Shown in pieces: positions 23,501 through 38,500 of a stretch of 64,000 nt of DNA (positions within the stretch are counted from its first letter, which is position 1; each line of letters starts with the position of its first letter). The notes below the pieces were generated by a model. That model saw nothing but the letters and a program-made list of their open reading frames with translations, did not search any database and was not told the DNA's origin. Origin of the DNA: Lepidodermella squamata (lineage: Eukaryota; Animalia; Gastrotricha); contig JBLDXI010000009.1 in assembly GCA_047495785.1 (NCBI GenBank), positions 434,001-498,000 of the forward strand, in the 5' to 3' direction. The translations under genes and the position numbers were made by a program.

Positions 23501-26500
23501 TGAATTCGGCACGGCTAATGTAGAAGCAGCAACATTGCAGGAACGTGAAAATCAACTGCTGCGAGAAAAGATTGAGAAGCAAGAGGAAATCATCGACTCC
23601 CTCAAGGTATGTTGACATTTTTATCTCGTAAAAATCTACCAAAATATAAGGCCGGGCCCGCGTTCCTATAATAATCTTAAATGTTCCATGGCATTTTGCG
23701 GTTAGATTTATTTTATTTATTTTCAATTATTTTTCGCTGATTTTTTTCGCGTGTGTATGCGTAAATAATATTTCATGTGCGACATAAAAAATTTGTGCAA
23801 CGAGGATGTATGCGCGTGAAAAATCGCCATGAGCGCCGGCAATCATCACACCTGCAATGATAAAAATCTGTGCGCCATGCTTTTATCGGTCACGCGGTAG
23901 CAAAAAATTGATCCTACTGTACCTAGTGATGAATAGCTTCGCACTTCACTCGACTGGTGGCTAATGCTAAATATGCGCCCTATACCGTTGGTATTACTTC
24001 CGTGTAAGGCATTCTTATCTGTTGCTTAAACTCGGATTTTTGAAAATATCGCTGATCTCAATGATTTAGCTATAAACAGGCCGATTTTTACCTGTGTATC
24101 TTTGTTGCAGTTTGAAATAGGCCAAGAACAAAATACAACACAACAATTGGCGACCGAATTGGAAAGATTTAAACAGGCGACGTCTTCGATCGACCTTGAG
24201 TTGTCTACTTTGCGCCAACTTGTCCGCGATAAGGAGAAATATGTCAGCAATCTTCCGCCAGTTCAAAAACTTCCTTACTAACTTTTTTCTTGAATTTAGG
24301 AGACGGAAATCGCGACGAGATCGGTGAAATGCGACCAGTTGGAGAAGGAGCTCAACGAAAACAAAAAGCTCTGTCAAATTCTGGTAAATTGACGGTCATT
24401 TTCGAAGTAATTTTGCTCACTAGTTGCTTTCCCACTTCTAGGAAAATGAGATAAAACACACTACCGAGCAGAACAGCGAGTTGAGCTTGCAAAACTATCA
24501 GTTGCAAAGTCTACAAGTTGAATCGATGTCAAAGGTAACGCCCTCACTTCCATTATAATTTGCAACTTGTTGATTTTAGTCGATTAATACGGCTAATCTT
24601 GTAAATTGAAAAAAACCTGAAATGAGTTGGCGTCATCATTTCCAACCCTTTGGCAATTCTGATTCATCAAGATAGAGGAAAAGAAGATTGTCCAATTTGT
24701 GTTCTTTTTTTCGTAATTTATTCTTATGCACGGACGCTTTTACTCCTTGGGATCTGTTAAATGGGCCCTGATTCATATGCGCTCTAATTTTACCCACGAT
24801 TCCGGCGGAAGGACATGACGATTGACCGCAGCTCATCGCCGTAATGGCCTCGTGATTTTTGCTCTCGATCTTTTCGCTGCCGCGTTGTCATTTTATTTGG
24901 CAGTGCAAGCCGCGTAAAATTTGTATCTCTGGACAGCGCGATGATTTATCGCAGGAATATAATCATCGATTGCTCCATGCAAATTCATGGGCCTCGCATC
25001 GCAGCAAAAAGGGACATGAGGGAGAAAGGTGTCCCTCGGCTACTGTTAGGCCCGCTGCGTTTTTCGCTACTCGCGCGGCTAAAATAGTATTGCGTTTATT
25101 TTATTACTATTATTATTATTGCATTTTTGTATCGCAATGCGCTGGTTCGCACGTCGCATGAATATCGGCACAATTTGTATTCCCGGCATCGCTGTCGTCG
25201 GCTCTCAGCCATCAGCCGTGTACATTTTCGATCTACATACATGAATTCGAATACAGACATGCATGCATATCTACCTCAGACAGCAGCAGTAATCTGCATT
25301 CGTTTAGCCGAGTAATAAAATATTACCGAGTGCCATTATTGTTATTATTTTTTGTTTGGTTCTGCACGCATGGCTCTGAGCAATGGCTAACATGAAGCAT
25401 TACTGCCGCTGCTGCGGCGTCGAGCGCAAACACGTATACACCTATAGGAAAAACAATCGATAATATTGATGAATTTTTTGCCGCGCTCGCTGGTGATGTC
25501 GCCTCACTCGCGCGCTCGTTCGCCCGCTCACTCTCAAATTCGCTGCTGCTGCTGCTGCATTCGATCTCTTGTGCAGGCAGGCACGGCCGCTGTCGCCGTT
25601 TGTGCAATAACAATAATAATAATCGATGGTGCATTTTATTTCTACAACACACGCCTGCTTTTTATTGCCATATGCGATCGAGCTACAACAGCGCTCGCCC
25701 GGCCATCGCCTTCTTTTTCGGCGCGCTGGCAATCGCTCGTCGTCGTCGTCGTCGTCTTGTGGCACGCGCGCGCTCGCTATATCGAGCCGGAACACGCCGA
25801 TCTCTAGTAGTATAGATAAACGCTCGGCTTTGCTGGCCTTAATGGTGTGATCGGCCATCGCCGCCGTCGTCGCCGTCGTACGCGCCCCGCCTTCTTCATT
25901 TATTACTTTCTTGTATTCTACTACGAGTTGCGCTCCCTCACTAGCACACACATACATCGCGACATAATATAATAGTATTATTATTGCCAGTGCTTTTTTC
26001 GGCATGCTCACGCGCACGCTCTCTCTCTCTCTCGCTCGCTCCTCCTGCATGTTATTTATTCGTCGTCTTCGTCGTCATCATCATCGTCGTCCTCGGCTTC
26101 GTCGTCGTCGTCGACTAACGATATAGTCTGCCGGCGGAAACGTGGCTTTGTAATGTTTCTTGTTCTTGTATCGTCCGAGCGGGAGCAAGACGATGATGTG
26201 GCAACCGAGAATGCCGAGCGCCGATGGGCGACACGATATACATATTATGTGATGATGCCGCGACTACTACTGCTACTCCTCTATTACTCCGTTCGGCTAT
26301 GACTGCTACTATTTATTATTATTATTACTACTCCTACTATACTGCTGCAGCTTTAAAATAGTAAAACAATATTATTCCGTAATAGTTTTTATTCTTTACT
26401 TGTGATTCGAGATCTGCGCACTCGCCGACCGTCGTTCGTTAGTTCCATTGGCTAGGTCTATGTGCTTTTGTGCGCCTCGTGTTGCTGCTGCTGCTGCCCG

Positions 26501-29500
26501 CTCTCGTTACTAGTCTTTTGCGACATTATGAAAATCTAATAGAGCGTTGCCGTTTTTGTATCGCTCTTCTTCCGCGTTTCGTCCACTACTCTTGAAATAC
26601 TAGTAGCTCCGCAGTAATAGTAGTAAGTAACAAACATGCCCCTACTACCCCTCCCCAGTACTACGACTTTGGCGGCCAACTTTATTTATATCGTCCGGCG
26701 ATATTTTTCCTTTATTACTATCAACATCTTGGATGAACACTTGTTGGACCATCTTCGAATTTTTTTCGTTCAATTATTATCAGCTGAATAATATAACGAT
26801 TAATTTATCTGAGAGTTTCAATTTGATAATTTATTTATTTTGTTTACAGGTCACTGACGAATGTTTCAATTTAAAATTACATATATCGGAACTCGAGGGC
26901 GATTACATTTCGGCAAAGAGCGATGTAGCCACTCTGCAAAGCAGAGTTCGACAGCTTGAGGACCTCATTAAGGTGAGTTATTGTCCAGATCGCCAACATT
27001 TAAATAGCTAGATCATGAATTTATTTTATTAAAATAATTGTTTCCAATTTTAGACATTAACAAACGCGGCTGAAGAACGCAAGCGACTCGAACGCGAATA
27101 TCAGGCGGGCCTTGATCAACTCAAGCAACGCCAAGTCGAGTTAGACTCGGTTTCGAAGCAGCAGAACCTTATAACTCGCGAACACGAAGAGACCGTCGAT
27201 CAACTACAAGTCAGTTTGCTTTAATTGATTAATCAGAAGCTGTGATCTATTGCTTTGCTTCATCATTGTTATAGGGAAAATTGCGCGAATTAGAAAAACG
27301 TTGCGAGCTCCAGGCCATAAAACACGACGAACTGTTGCTCGAGCTGGGCAACTTGAAGTATATACAAGAAAAATCTCGGCTCAACGATCAGCTCGTTCTT
27401 CCGGACTTCGAATCGGTTCTCTCGGCGTTCACGTCGCCGGCAGCCGCCGCCGCCGCAGCCGTAGCCGCCGCAGGAGCTGGCACCCCTACGGCCGGTGGCA
27501 TGTCGTTCGGACAACAACGCGGATACCGGCTTGCCCGTTCAGGTATGCGCACATTTTATCGCTTTCACTTGTTGCTTCTCTCTAGATAAATTAATTAACG
27601 TCATCGCATCATCATCGATCGGCTATCAGGTCCTGTTAATTAAAAAGTTGCCCGAAAAGCCATGCGCTGGTGTGCATAATGAAATGTACTGAAAAGGTGT
27701 GCCACCTGGGTTTGCGGTGATCCAATCGAAACCAAGTCGGTGTTATTTGATTACAATTTTCGAATTATCGAATAGTCATCACCGCAGTTGTCACACGGGC
27801 TTTGCATTCAGTAAGAATGATTGATTCAATACTGGAGCAGTTGTGTGGTAGCAGCGTTATTGCGCCGCAACGATTAATAATTCACGCAATCTACGAATAG
27901 CTGTGTTTTTTTCGGGGCGCGCACGCTCGCTCGTCCGACCGACCGACCAACCGCTCGAAATCGACCTATTTGAGGCGTCCAGTGCACGCAAACTTTTGCA
28001 CCGGCCGCGATGGCAAGCGAACGAGAGCATGCGGTGGTTTGCGTGTCTATACCTCCTGCCTACCTGCTGCATACCTGCCTTCGTCAATATTTTTGTATTG
28101 GCGTGTACACATCCACCACCCGGTCGATTGATTCGCTCCATCCATCGCCCGCGCGCGCGCATGTCTCGAATACGTTATCGGAATTGCCATCGCCACAGCC
28201 CGAAGCGCACAATCAGCGCGCACACGGCCGCATATGTCAATGCGCGCCCGTTTATTACTGCTGCGGTGGCATATCACTCGTACATATCATTACTATTAAC
28301 ATCATCTGGGCAAACTTTTTTGCCAATATTACATGGCGCGGTCATGAAAAAGAGGTGCGCGGCGCATTTAGCAGCGCACGGCGCGGTTGTTGTCGATTTA
28401 CTAGTAGAAGTAGTAGTAGTTGTAGTAGTAGTGGTAGTGGTTAGTGGTTGTGGCGCATCGGAAGCCGCGGCTCATCGACAAAAAGGTTCGCATACAAGAC
28501 ATCACTGGCGCGATGGTCCGGCAGCGAACAATAACGAGCCTTCCTGCAACAATGCGCTGTGACAGCTTAGTATAAATATTGCAGCAGAAACAACATGCGG
28601 CGTGGATTGCCGCAAAAATCGAACCCGCGAGAGACGCGCATCGCGAATTGTTATCTGCTTGCCGCCTGCCTGCCTGCCTGCCTGCCTGCCTGCCCCTCAC
28701 ACCAACCAACTCGCACGGTATCGATTTGCGGCAGGCATTATAACAGCGCGCACCGTGTGTTTGTGACGAAACTTTTTACTAAAATAATAGCATTATTATA
28801 TTGCACTCCTTGAATATATTCACGCTTTATTATAGCTGCAATAATAACATTGGCAATAAGCAGTGTCTGTTTAGTATCGGATGTGCCGTGTGCGAAGCGC
28901 CGCCGCCGCCGCCGCCGACGACGTTCTTGCTTTTCGGCGACACTAAAAACAATATCTTCATCGGTGTCGGCCAGCGAAGCCCGCCCGGCCCAGTTTTCTG
29001 TGCCGTCGACGCGCCGGCTGCCAATAATGCAAAAAGTTTGCATGATTACTCGGCGGCGGCTGGTGCAGCGCCGATAAATTATTATTACCATGATGATATC
29101 GCGCGCTGTCGCACGCTTGTCATCATCACCACCATCGCCTGGTACAAACATGAATATACACACCCTACCAGCAAAACCAGCAAGCAGCACAGAGACACAA
29201 TTTTACAACAACTCTTGTTTTTATTATGCCCGCTTGTGCGCGCGGCTAAAAATTGGCCGCCGCACCCTCCAACCCGCGCGCGCGCGCACGCACGCACGAT
29301 AGCGACGCCGATGATAATGCATTGGCGATGATGATAATTTTCGATTTCAGGCCGGCCTGCTGGCTCCGTCTCTATTTCGCGCTGGCGACGCCGGCGTTGC
29401 TGTAGAACAAACAAAACAAACCAATGTGCCTGCTTGCCTGCCTGCCTGCATATCGATGATGATTGCTGATGAGCAGTGTGGTGGTGGTTGGGCCGTGGCG

Positions 29501-32500
29501 CATTGTTTCGCGCTCTCCCCGCCCTGCTACTGCATGCGAGTGCGCCCGCTATTATTATTAGTATTGTCTTCCGATCGTGTGCTGGTGACGGGTGCCGATA
29601 TCGTAGCACGTTGCTGATATTTTCATCCGATATGACGTCGTCGTGATGTCGATGATGATGATGGCGACGACGATGATGTTTTGACGCTGCGCTTTCTGCG
29701 TATAATAATATTTGTTGTATTATATATGTATATTGCGCATTAAAATCCACATGCCATTTTTCGAGACCCGACACGTATTATTGCGCGCTTGTGTCTACAA
29801 AGCCAGCAGCCGGAGCAATAGCCCAGCGAGGCGATTGCAGTTTTCGAAAAAAATTTACTCGTCATGCCAGTTCGATTATCGCTCGCAGCTCGCTGCCACC
29901 AGAGCGTACGCGTTCTATTTCCAGAGTCGATGAGCTGTTTGAACACCGATGCTAATACACATCTAGTAATAATTACTAGCTCAGAAGGATCCTGATCCCT
30001 TCTGTGCGCGCGACGATAACCGATTCTCTTTCTACTACTGCTTCTGTATTGGTTTTAGATAATGTAGATGGCGTACTTGGAGTGCGCTTTTTTATTACAT
30101 TAATATCAAAGTTAAACAACTTTCGATTATACAACAATACTGCTACCATATCGCACTGCTTCGAATAATTTTACCTAAATTATAATACCAAACGTATAAA
30201 TGGCCAGTCGACTGCACGCCGTCATCGCTCGAGCGAATAGCCGATAATGCCAGTCGCTTACTGAACCCGACCGTCGTGTCACCAATAATAATCCTTACAA
30301 TGTAATTGGACCGATTGATGATGTCGATGACGTTATGATATATATAGCGCGTATAAAAAATATTACTCCTCCGCGCATTAGTTCACTATAGCGCGCATGA
30401 CGATAAAGCTATAATGTTGCCGCCAGTGCAAGATTGACCATGTTTTTTTCTCTTGCTAACCCAGATCCTCTTCACAACTCGCCACGGCGTCGCTTCGAAA
30501 GCTCCAGATCAACAGATACAGGTATTTTTGAATCTAGCTTTATCCAACATTGATTTTTTTTTGTAATATCGAGAGCTATTTTAAACCTACTTTTTGCCCG
30601 TATATCCGTTATATGAGCATATATGAAAAATTATTAGGATTAAAAGTTTAATATAACTTGAATTTTTCACGAGTATTGGCAAGAATTTTTGATTCTTCTA
30701 GGCTTTTTTGAAGGTGACTGGCCATCGGATCCAGCTGGGAAACTGACAGCTATCAACCGCGGAACAGTCAGGGTATGCCATTCCCATTGTAACTTGCCAC
30801 CGATTTGCTGTTTGTTTGCGCGTACCTTGTTTCATTATTACTCGCATCCTTATAACTTTGCTTTTACCTCTGAGGGATTTTCGCGGAGTTTACGCAAAAA
30901 AGAATAGAGGGGCATCTTTCAATAATACTTGAGCTTGCAGTTTGTGCTTGTTTTTCTATTTTAATCTATTCTGGGAAGTGACGAGCGTGTTTTTATATCA
31001 TTGCTGTTGTTCGGCCAGGTGTTCATCGCACGTTACAGTTATGACCCTTTGCTGTTGTCGCCGAACGAGAATCCCGAGCTGGAATTGAATGTGCAAGCTG
31101 GCGATTACATCTTCATCTATGGCAACATGGACGAGGATGGCTTCTACGAAGGCGAGCTAATGGACGGCCGGCGAGGCCTCGTGCCGTCGAACTTCATTCA
31201 ACCGCTCAATACGACGGAATTGGCCGATTTTAAAACGGCGCTGTCCGCTGCTGCCACGCTGAATGCCGCCTCGCTCCAGTCGCAACCGGCGTCGCAACCT
31301 CAAGCCTTCTCGGCGTCTTCCACGTCGCGCCTAGGCGCCGGCGAGCAGCCCGGCCACGAGCCGGCCTACCTCCCCTCCTCGTCGCTGTCGTCGTCGCACC
31401 TACACCATCTCGCCTCTTCGACGGCGCCGTTGTTGCGCTCGACAGCGGCCAGCGCCGCTGCTGCCTTCGACCCATCGTCGTCGTCGCTTCCTGTTCTCAA
31501 CTGCCTTTCAACCTCGGATGACGCCGGCCAACTGGGCGGCACGCTGGAACGGTACTCTACTCCGAGTAAGCTTATTTCAATCGCGCCTCAAAACTTGCGA
31601 TTCAGCTCGATTTTTTGTTACTATAGATCACATCGGGTCGTCGAGTCGTTTTTTGCCTCGCTCGACCACAACGAGCCCGCCGACTTTCCAGCTTGGCCTG
31701 GATGACGATGGCGAGGCGCCACCTATGGTTGAACATATCAATATTAGTCAGGATGCAACGGCTCGATTAGACAGTAAGCATCTGATGGAAATTGTTGACA
31801 CCTTTTGATTCACTCTATTTTTGTCTTTTTTCTCCGCGTTTAGTTCCACGGCCTAGAAATTTACGAATTGAGAAAATTTTATCGAGCTCCGTGATCGTGG
31901 CGTGGGACCCAGCGCTGTTGGCGCAATTGCCGCAACAACCGGCCATGTCGGCGCCGCCGCAACAGACGCCGCAGAACCAGCCGGCCGGCCTCAACACAAC
32001 AGTGGCGAACAGCGCACCCGTCGACGTCAAATCCTACCTCATTTTCGTCAACGGCGAGCTGAAAGCAACAGTGGCGTACAACGAGCGCACCAAGTGCATG
32101 CTCGAGGGCATCAACACGCGCAAGTTCCACCGCATATCCGTGCGCACGAACACCGACCGGGGCCAGTCGCGCGACCCCGAGTGCACGCTCACGTTCGGCC
32201 GCGGCGCCACGCTCGCGCCGCAAGCGCTCAAGGCGTTCAACGTGTCGGCGTCCAGCGCCGCGCTCGCCTGGTGCCCGTCGAACTCCAACTGCCACCACAT
32301 CGTCTACGTCAACAACGTCGAGCACTGCGTGTTGGAGCCGGGCATCTTTCGCTACACCCTGTCCGGCCTGCTGCCGTCAACCACGTACCGCGTGTCGATC
32401 AAGGCGAAAGATCTGACTGGCGGCGCGCTCGGCGTCGGCGTTGGTCTCTTCAATTCGGGCCGGACAACGCCCGGCGCGCAAATGTTTGCGTCTGGAGCGT

Positions 32501-35500
32501 CTGGGGCGACTGGCGCCGCCGACCTTTCGAGTCGGCGCTCCCGGCCAAGTTCCGCCTCTGATGCGAACGTTGCTCAGATTGTGTTCAAAACTCTACCTGG
32601 AGGTGAGTCAGACTTTGATTTTTTTCTACCCGATTTTAACCCGGGAAACATTTTATTGTGGTCGATAGTAACTTACAGCAGTAAGTATTTTCGTATGCCG
32701 TGGGCTAGACATGTTATAATTTGAGAAATTTCGAATTGCAGTGTCTTCTCTTTTTAATTCTGTTAGAAAATATTCTTCAGATTATGTACTCTTCAACTTC
32801 TTAGTGAGCTATTTTTGGGTTTTATTTAGATGGGAAAAGCTTCGTTTACTCATAAAATCCCGTCCCTTAGCCTTGTTTTAATTGCGGTCGACTTTTGTGC
32901 ACCGCAGAGCAGCTACGCCTCTCGAGGCCCAACTACGCCGGAAATTAATTTTTCGCCTAGCTCTTCCTATATGTACCACAATGCTGGAAATATGCATTTA
33001 CATGAACGCAGCAGGACACGGTCCCTTTTTTCTATTAAAAGAGGCCCTAAAATACTAATGCAATAATAGATCGATAAAACGGAGTACCTATATGGGTTTG
33101 TGCTTACAGGCTTTCCTGAGACGCCCCAGAACGTGCAAGTAGAAAACGGTCCTCGAGAAGGCACGGTCCTTGTCAGCTGGCTTCCGGTCAGCGTGTCATC
33201 GACTGGAACTTCGAACGGCGCTTTGATTACTGGTTATGCAATTTATGCTGACGGCAACAGGCGGATTGCCGAGGTGCCAAGTCCCACTGGTTTGTTGATG
33301 TTTTTCTGCTTTCTTTTCGCGTGTGATCTATAACTTTTCTTACAGCTGATCATATCGTATTGTCTTGGCAACAAATCGCAACCCGGCCGTCGGAGATTCC
33401 GAGCTTCGTGACCGTGCGGACGGTATCACCTGGGGAGGAGTCGGTCGACTCGATGCCGGCGCCGCTCGGCCAGGTCACCGAGGAGCTGCAGCGGCTGTGT
33501 GGCCAGCAGCGGCCGGCGCCGCCGTCCGCCATGGCGCCTACACACCCGTCGTCGACACTGCTCAAGCCGCAACCCACTTACCCGTCGACGGCGTCCTTCC
33601 TCAACACCTACGACACCTCGAACGTCGGCGGGCGGCTGTCTTCGTACGGCGCCGCCGATCAGTCGTCGCACGGCCAGCCGCCTCAGCTTTCATCCTTGCC
33701 GTCCTCGTCTATGCAACCGTTCTCATCTTCAACTCTTTCCCAAAATGCCGGTGCCTCTTTGTCAGCTCTCAACGGTAAAAATTAACAGCCATTTTCCGTA
33801 ATTTTCCTACTTCTAGTTAAAAACATGTGGGCATTGGCCCTAAAGCACAGCCTCGATAAAAAATTCTTAATATGAATTATCGCTTTTAAGATATGTTCGG
33901 AAACTATTCGGAAGGTTGTCGCAACACTTTTACCATAGGCTTATTATTTTAACTATACGCGTTCAAGTAATTTTTAAGTTGCGTGGCTGTTCGGTTTCGA
34001 ATCTCATCATTTTGGTACTTGCAAATTTAACTGATTTTTTGATTATTTCAGCCTACTCGTCTAACGCGATATCATCAAGTGTGAACTCAGCCACGCAGCA
34101 GCCGCTCATTCAAAGGTAAGAAACAGAAAATTCCTATATTTGTATTACCCGGGCGAATCACTTATTCCCAATCTATCTATGGTATTAGCATACTTTCCCT
34201 CGTCAAAAGGTTTGTGCAGTGATCCCTAGAATCGAATCATTTTGATACTACTGAATCTTTCTGCGATCTAACTTTGACTGCTTACGAAGCCTTTTGTTTA
34301 GACAAAACGGCCATAAACCTTTTAGAAACAAAATTTGCAGTTTCATCGTTTGACACATCATAAAAACTGCTTGCAGTGATCTATCAGTTAATTGATTACT
34401 TTGAAAATTTACGACGCAGTTTCCATGCTGTTCACTGTATTATGTTGGATGATTTTATATCTTGTGTTTCTGTGTTATTTTAACAGCAGTTTATCGGGAA
34501 CAAGTTCGTCGAGCCAGCAACAGCCCGCGGGTCCTGGTAACAGTCAAACACTGCCGATTCCTGCTCACCACCACAGGGGACCATCGCTGTTGGCTGACCG
34601 GCGCTCGGCCAGCCTGAACGAAGAGTACGGCCCCAGTGGCCATCTGCTGTCCAAGTCCGTGTCCGACCACAAGACGCACGAGGAGCCGCTCGACCTCGCC
34701 ACCGCCAACAAGCCGCGCAGCTCTGTTCCCACCATGTTCAGCGTCGCCCAGGAGACCGGGCAGCCGGTGGCGCTCACGACGAAGCCGGGCCCGCCGCCGC
34801 CCGGCTCGCGCTCCAAAGCCGAGAGCACCGCTGCAGCCGCTGAACCTGTGCCGTTCGGCCCGCCGCCGGCGCATGGCGCAGCGCCGAACAAAACCAGCGG
34901 CGCCGCCATCTACGCGTCGCCGTACGGCACGCGCGGAACCGGCACTTTCTTACGGCCACCCTTCTACGGGCCTTACTACCCGCGCTACCCCGGCGATCCT
35001 TACTACGGATACTACAGCATGCGACCCTCGATGCGGCCGTCCATGATGCGCGGCAACAGTGTTGAGACTCTCGAAAAGTAAGCTTTCTAGCCACTGCTAC
35101 TAACCTTATTTATTGAATCATTACCTTTATAGCAACCCGGAGATGGGCTTTGACTTGACAAGTACCGATGGAGCAGCTATGACGAAGACGCGCAGTTCCG
35201 AATATCTCAACGACTTTGGCGGCCCAAGAATGCCATTCATGGCGCGTGGGCCTGGTCCTTATCGAGCCAGGCCGCCATTCAGGGGACCGTCTTACGACGC
35301 GATACCAGGGCTGGACCCGTTCACTAGGTCCATGTCGCCGGCTAATGTCGATCCGTACTGGATGCGAAGCCCCGGCAGCGCGTATTTCGCTTCGCCTCGC
35401 GGGCCTGCTGTCGGCCCGCCGAGCGCCGCGTTAATACCGATCCCGCGTCTGCCGCCCGGCTTCAAACCGGTACCGGGCCGGCTGCCGCCGGGCATTCGCA

Positions 35501-38500
35501 CATTCATCGCGCTCTACGACTACGACCCGACAACCATGTCGCCGAACCCGGACGCCGGCGAGACGGAACTGCCGCTGAAAGAAGGCCAGCTGTTGAAGGT
35601 TTACGGCGAGCGCGACCGCGACAGCTTCTACCGCGGAGAGGCGTGCGGCCGTGCCGGTCTCGTGCCCAGCAACATGGTGCAAGAGGTGAACGTCACCGAG
35701 CAGGCTGTGCTGGAGGTGCTGTTCGACGTCGCGAATAAACGCGAAGTCTACTACCGAGGCGGCGTCCTGCAACAAGGCGGCCCACCCGGCATGTTGGGCC
35801 ACACGAACATGCTAACTACGACGCAGCCTGCCACTGGCATGCAACAACAACAGCAACAAAACCAGCAGCAGCCACAACAACATCAGCAACAGTCACAACC
35901 GCATCAACAGCAACAAGGCATTGGCGGTCAATTATTGACTATGGCTGGTCTTAACAATAACCAAAACAACCAAAACCAGTCGGGCCAAATCCGGCCGCAG
36001 CAACAGGCCGCCAATGGTATGTAAAAGACCCGGGACATTCTGTAACATTAGACAGACTTATTGGCTAAAAAAAGTAGCAGCTTTGAGTTTTATTGCTGTG
36101 ATTTCTTTTCTCGTTGCGAGTTCACTCTATTGATTTGCTTACTCACTTTGTTTCGTTGTGTTTCTGTTTTTCGGAATTTTCTGATCTATTTTCTATCGTG
36201 TGCGTGTTTCACTTGCATTTTTTCTATCGTGTATGAACTTGTAATCGGAATGTTGCCTCTTACACTCTATCTTGTCTTGTGCCTCGTGTGGCGCAGTGGT
36301 CGGATCGGCGGTGTCGGCGCTGAGTTCGTTGCTCGGCGGCCTCAATAACCAACAGCAGCCGGAGGCGAGCCCGGAGCCGAAGCAGAAGCGCGTCATGTGG
36401 CAGTCGAGCTTGGACGACTACGACGACGTGTTCACGGTGCAGGCCTCTGCGAAGCGACACTCTGTTGCCACAGGTGCGCATGCAGCGTGACCCCGCGTCT
36501 CTAGTAGACCAGAGTTGTTTTCTTTACGTTTCGGGTTGATTGTCCACCCGCGTTTTTTCGCGAATGCCACAGCTTCGTTTTTTGCTTGTCGAAAGTCATA
36601 GCCTGCTGCGTGATTAGATCACCCACAGTGTCGACTTACCCTATATGATTTAGGCCCTGCAAATTGTCGTGATTATCGGCATGTTACGTACGGCATGCTG
36701 TTGTAGAGCAGGCGACACAAATGCTTCCATCGAAGCCGTTTTCATACTACCCTTCATGGGCTCTTTTTCACATTTTTTACTTGCGTTTCACTGTGCGTTC
36801 TTTTTCGCATATAGACTGCTTTTATATTCCGCTTTTGATTTCATCTTTACTTGATAGCTTCGGAATATTATTGTCAGAATTATTTTTTCTGAAACCTTTT
36901 ACGCTTATATAGATCTCTTCTTGAGTTACGATTTTATGCCAGCTCCTAATTATGTTCCACCTGATAATTCGATTTGAAATTTACGTTCTGTTTTGTTATT
37001 TCAGTTCCTACAAACCAGCAGCTACAACAGCAATCGCAACAACAACAGCAACAGCAGCAAATGCCTCCATTCAACGCCAACATCGCTGCGTTGAGTGGGA
37101 TGCACTTACCCCCACCGTTGTCCCAGCAGCAAAACCAGCAGCAGCAACAACAGCAACAACAACAGCAACAACAACAGCATCAACAACACCAACAACAATC
37201 GACAGGGGGCATGGGCAGCGGCTTGAAGTCGTTCCTAGGTCTTGGCGGGCCGACGACGACGTCGCAATCTTCCATGACCTCGACAACGCTTACCGGTACG
37301 ATGGCTGGTGGGCACATGCAACAACAGCAGTCTGGTGCTTTCTCGACAACGAACCCAATGCAACGGCCTGGCGCGCCTTCAAATATGCCAGGCATGCAAT
37401 CGGGTCCGGGCTCAATGATGCAAGGCGGCTTGCCTGGTCAACAGCCAGGAATGGGCCAGAATCCAATGGGTCAGCCTGGTATGAACCAACCGGGTATGGG
37501 CCAGACTGGCCTGAACCAGCCAGGCATGGGCCAAATGGGTCAAATGAACCAGCCTGGTACCGGTATGGGGCAGCAGCCAGGCCAACTTCAGGGTATGCCC
37601 GGTATGCCTGGCCAGATGCAACAAGGTATGCCTGGTCAGCAAAATCAGCAGCAAATGCCGGGTTCCAACCTACCACCAGGCATGCAACAACAGCAACAAC
37701 AACAACAACAGCAGCAACAACAGCAGAATATGATGGGCTTACCACAGCAACAGCAGCAACAACAGCAACCTGGTATGCCATCGCAGCAGCAACAACCAAG
37801 CATGCAGCAACAGCCAGGAATGGCGGGAATGCCGCAACAACCCGGTATGCCACCAACTACGATGCCACCAGCGACCTCAACGCTGCCATCGGCAACAACC
37901 GCGACGCCGGCCGTTACAACATCGACGGCGGGCCAGGCCGTTGCCGGGCTGCAGCGACCGTTCAAGTACGTCCAGGCTGTGTACGACTACGCGCCGAACC
38001 CGGACGCGGCCGAGCTTGATCTGGCGTTCAAGGTCGGCGACGTCATGGGCGTGCTGCAGGACGCCGACGAAGATTTATTCTACTTCTGCGAACTCAACGG
38101 TCGCCGCGGCCTCGTGCCTTCCAACTTCGTGCAAGATACGACGCCGCCTCCAGGCGCCGTACTCGGCCCTCATCCATCCCAAGCGGCAACCGGTGCTCTG
38201 GTGAGTTCTCAGTTTTTTTTCATATAGGTCATTTTAATGTTTAAATCAATTTACCAGGCTGGCCAAGCTGGGGCACCCGGTGCAATGGCAGGTGCTGCGA
38301 CTGGAACTACTGGTGCTTTGGCGACCGGCGCCACCCCGCCTGGAATGACGGCGATGGGCGGTGCTGCGGGAGGCCCCGCTGCTGCTGCTGCTGCTGCTGC
38401 AACTGCTGCCGGTATGACACCCCGACCCGGTGCTCCAGGTATGCCTGGAGGAATCGGAGGTGCCGCCACGAGGCCGACGCTCGGTATGCCGGGCAGTAGT

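Noticed and set aside
27857-29946. Many overlapping 60-230 aa ORFs in a RIM-BP intron (nested gene?)
   Set aside because: Translations are homopolymer runs from trinucleotide repeats on both strands, with no domain or coherent splice structure.
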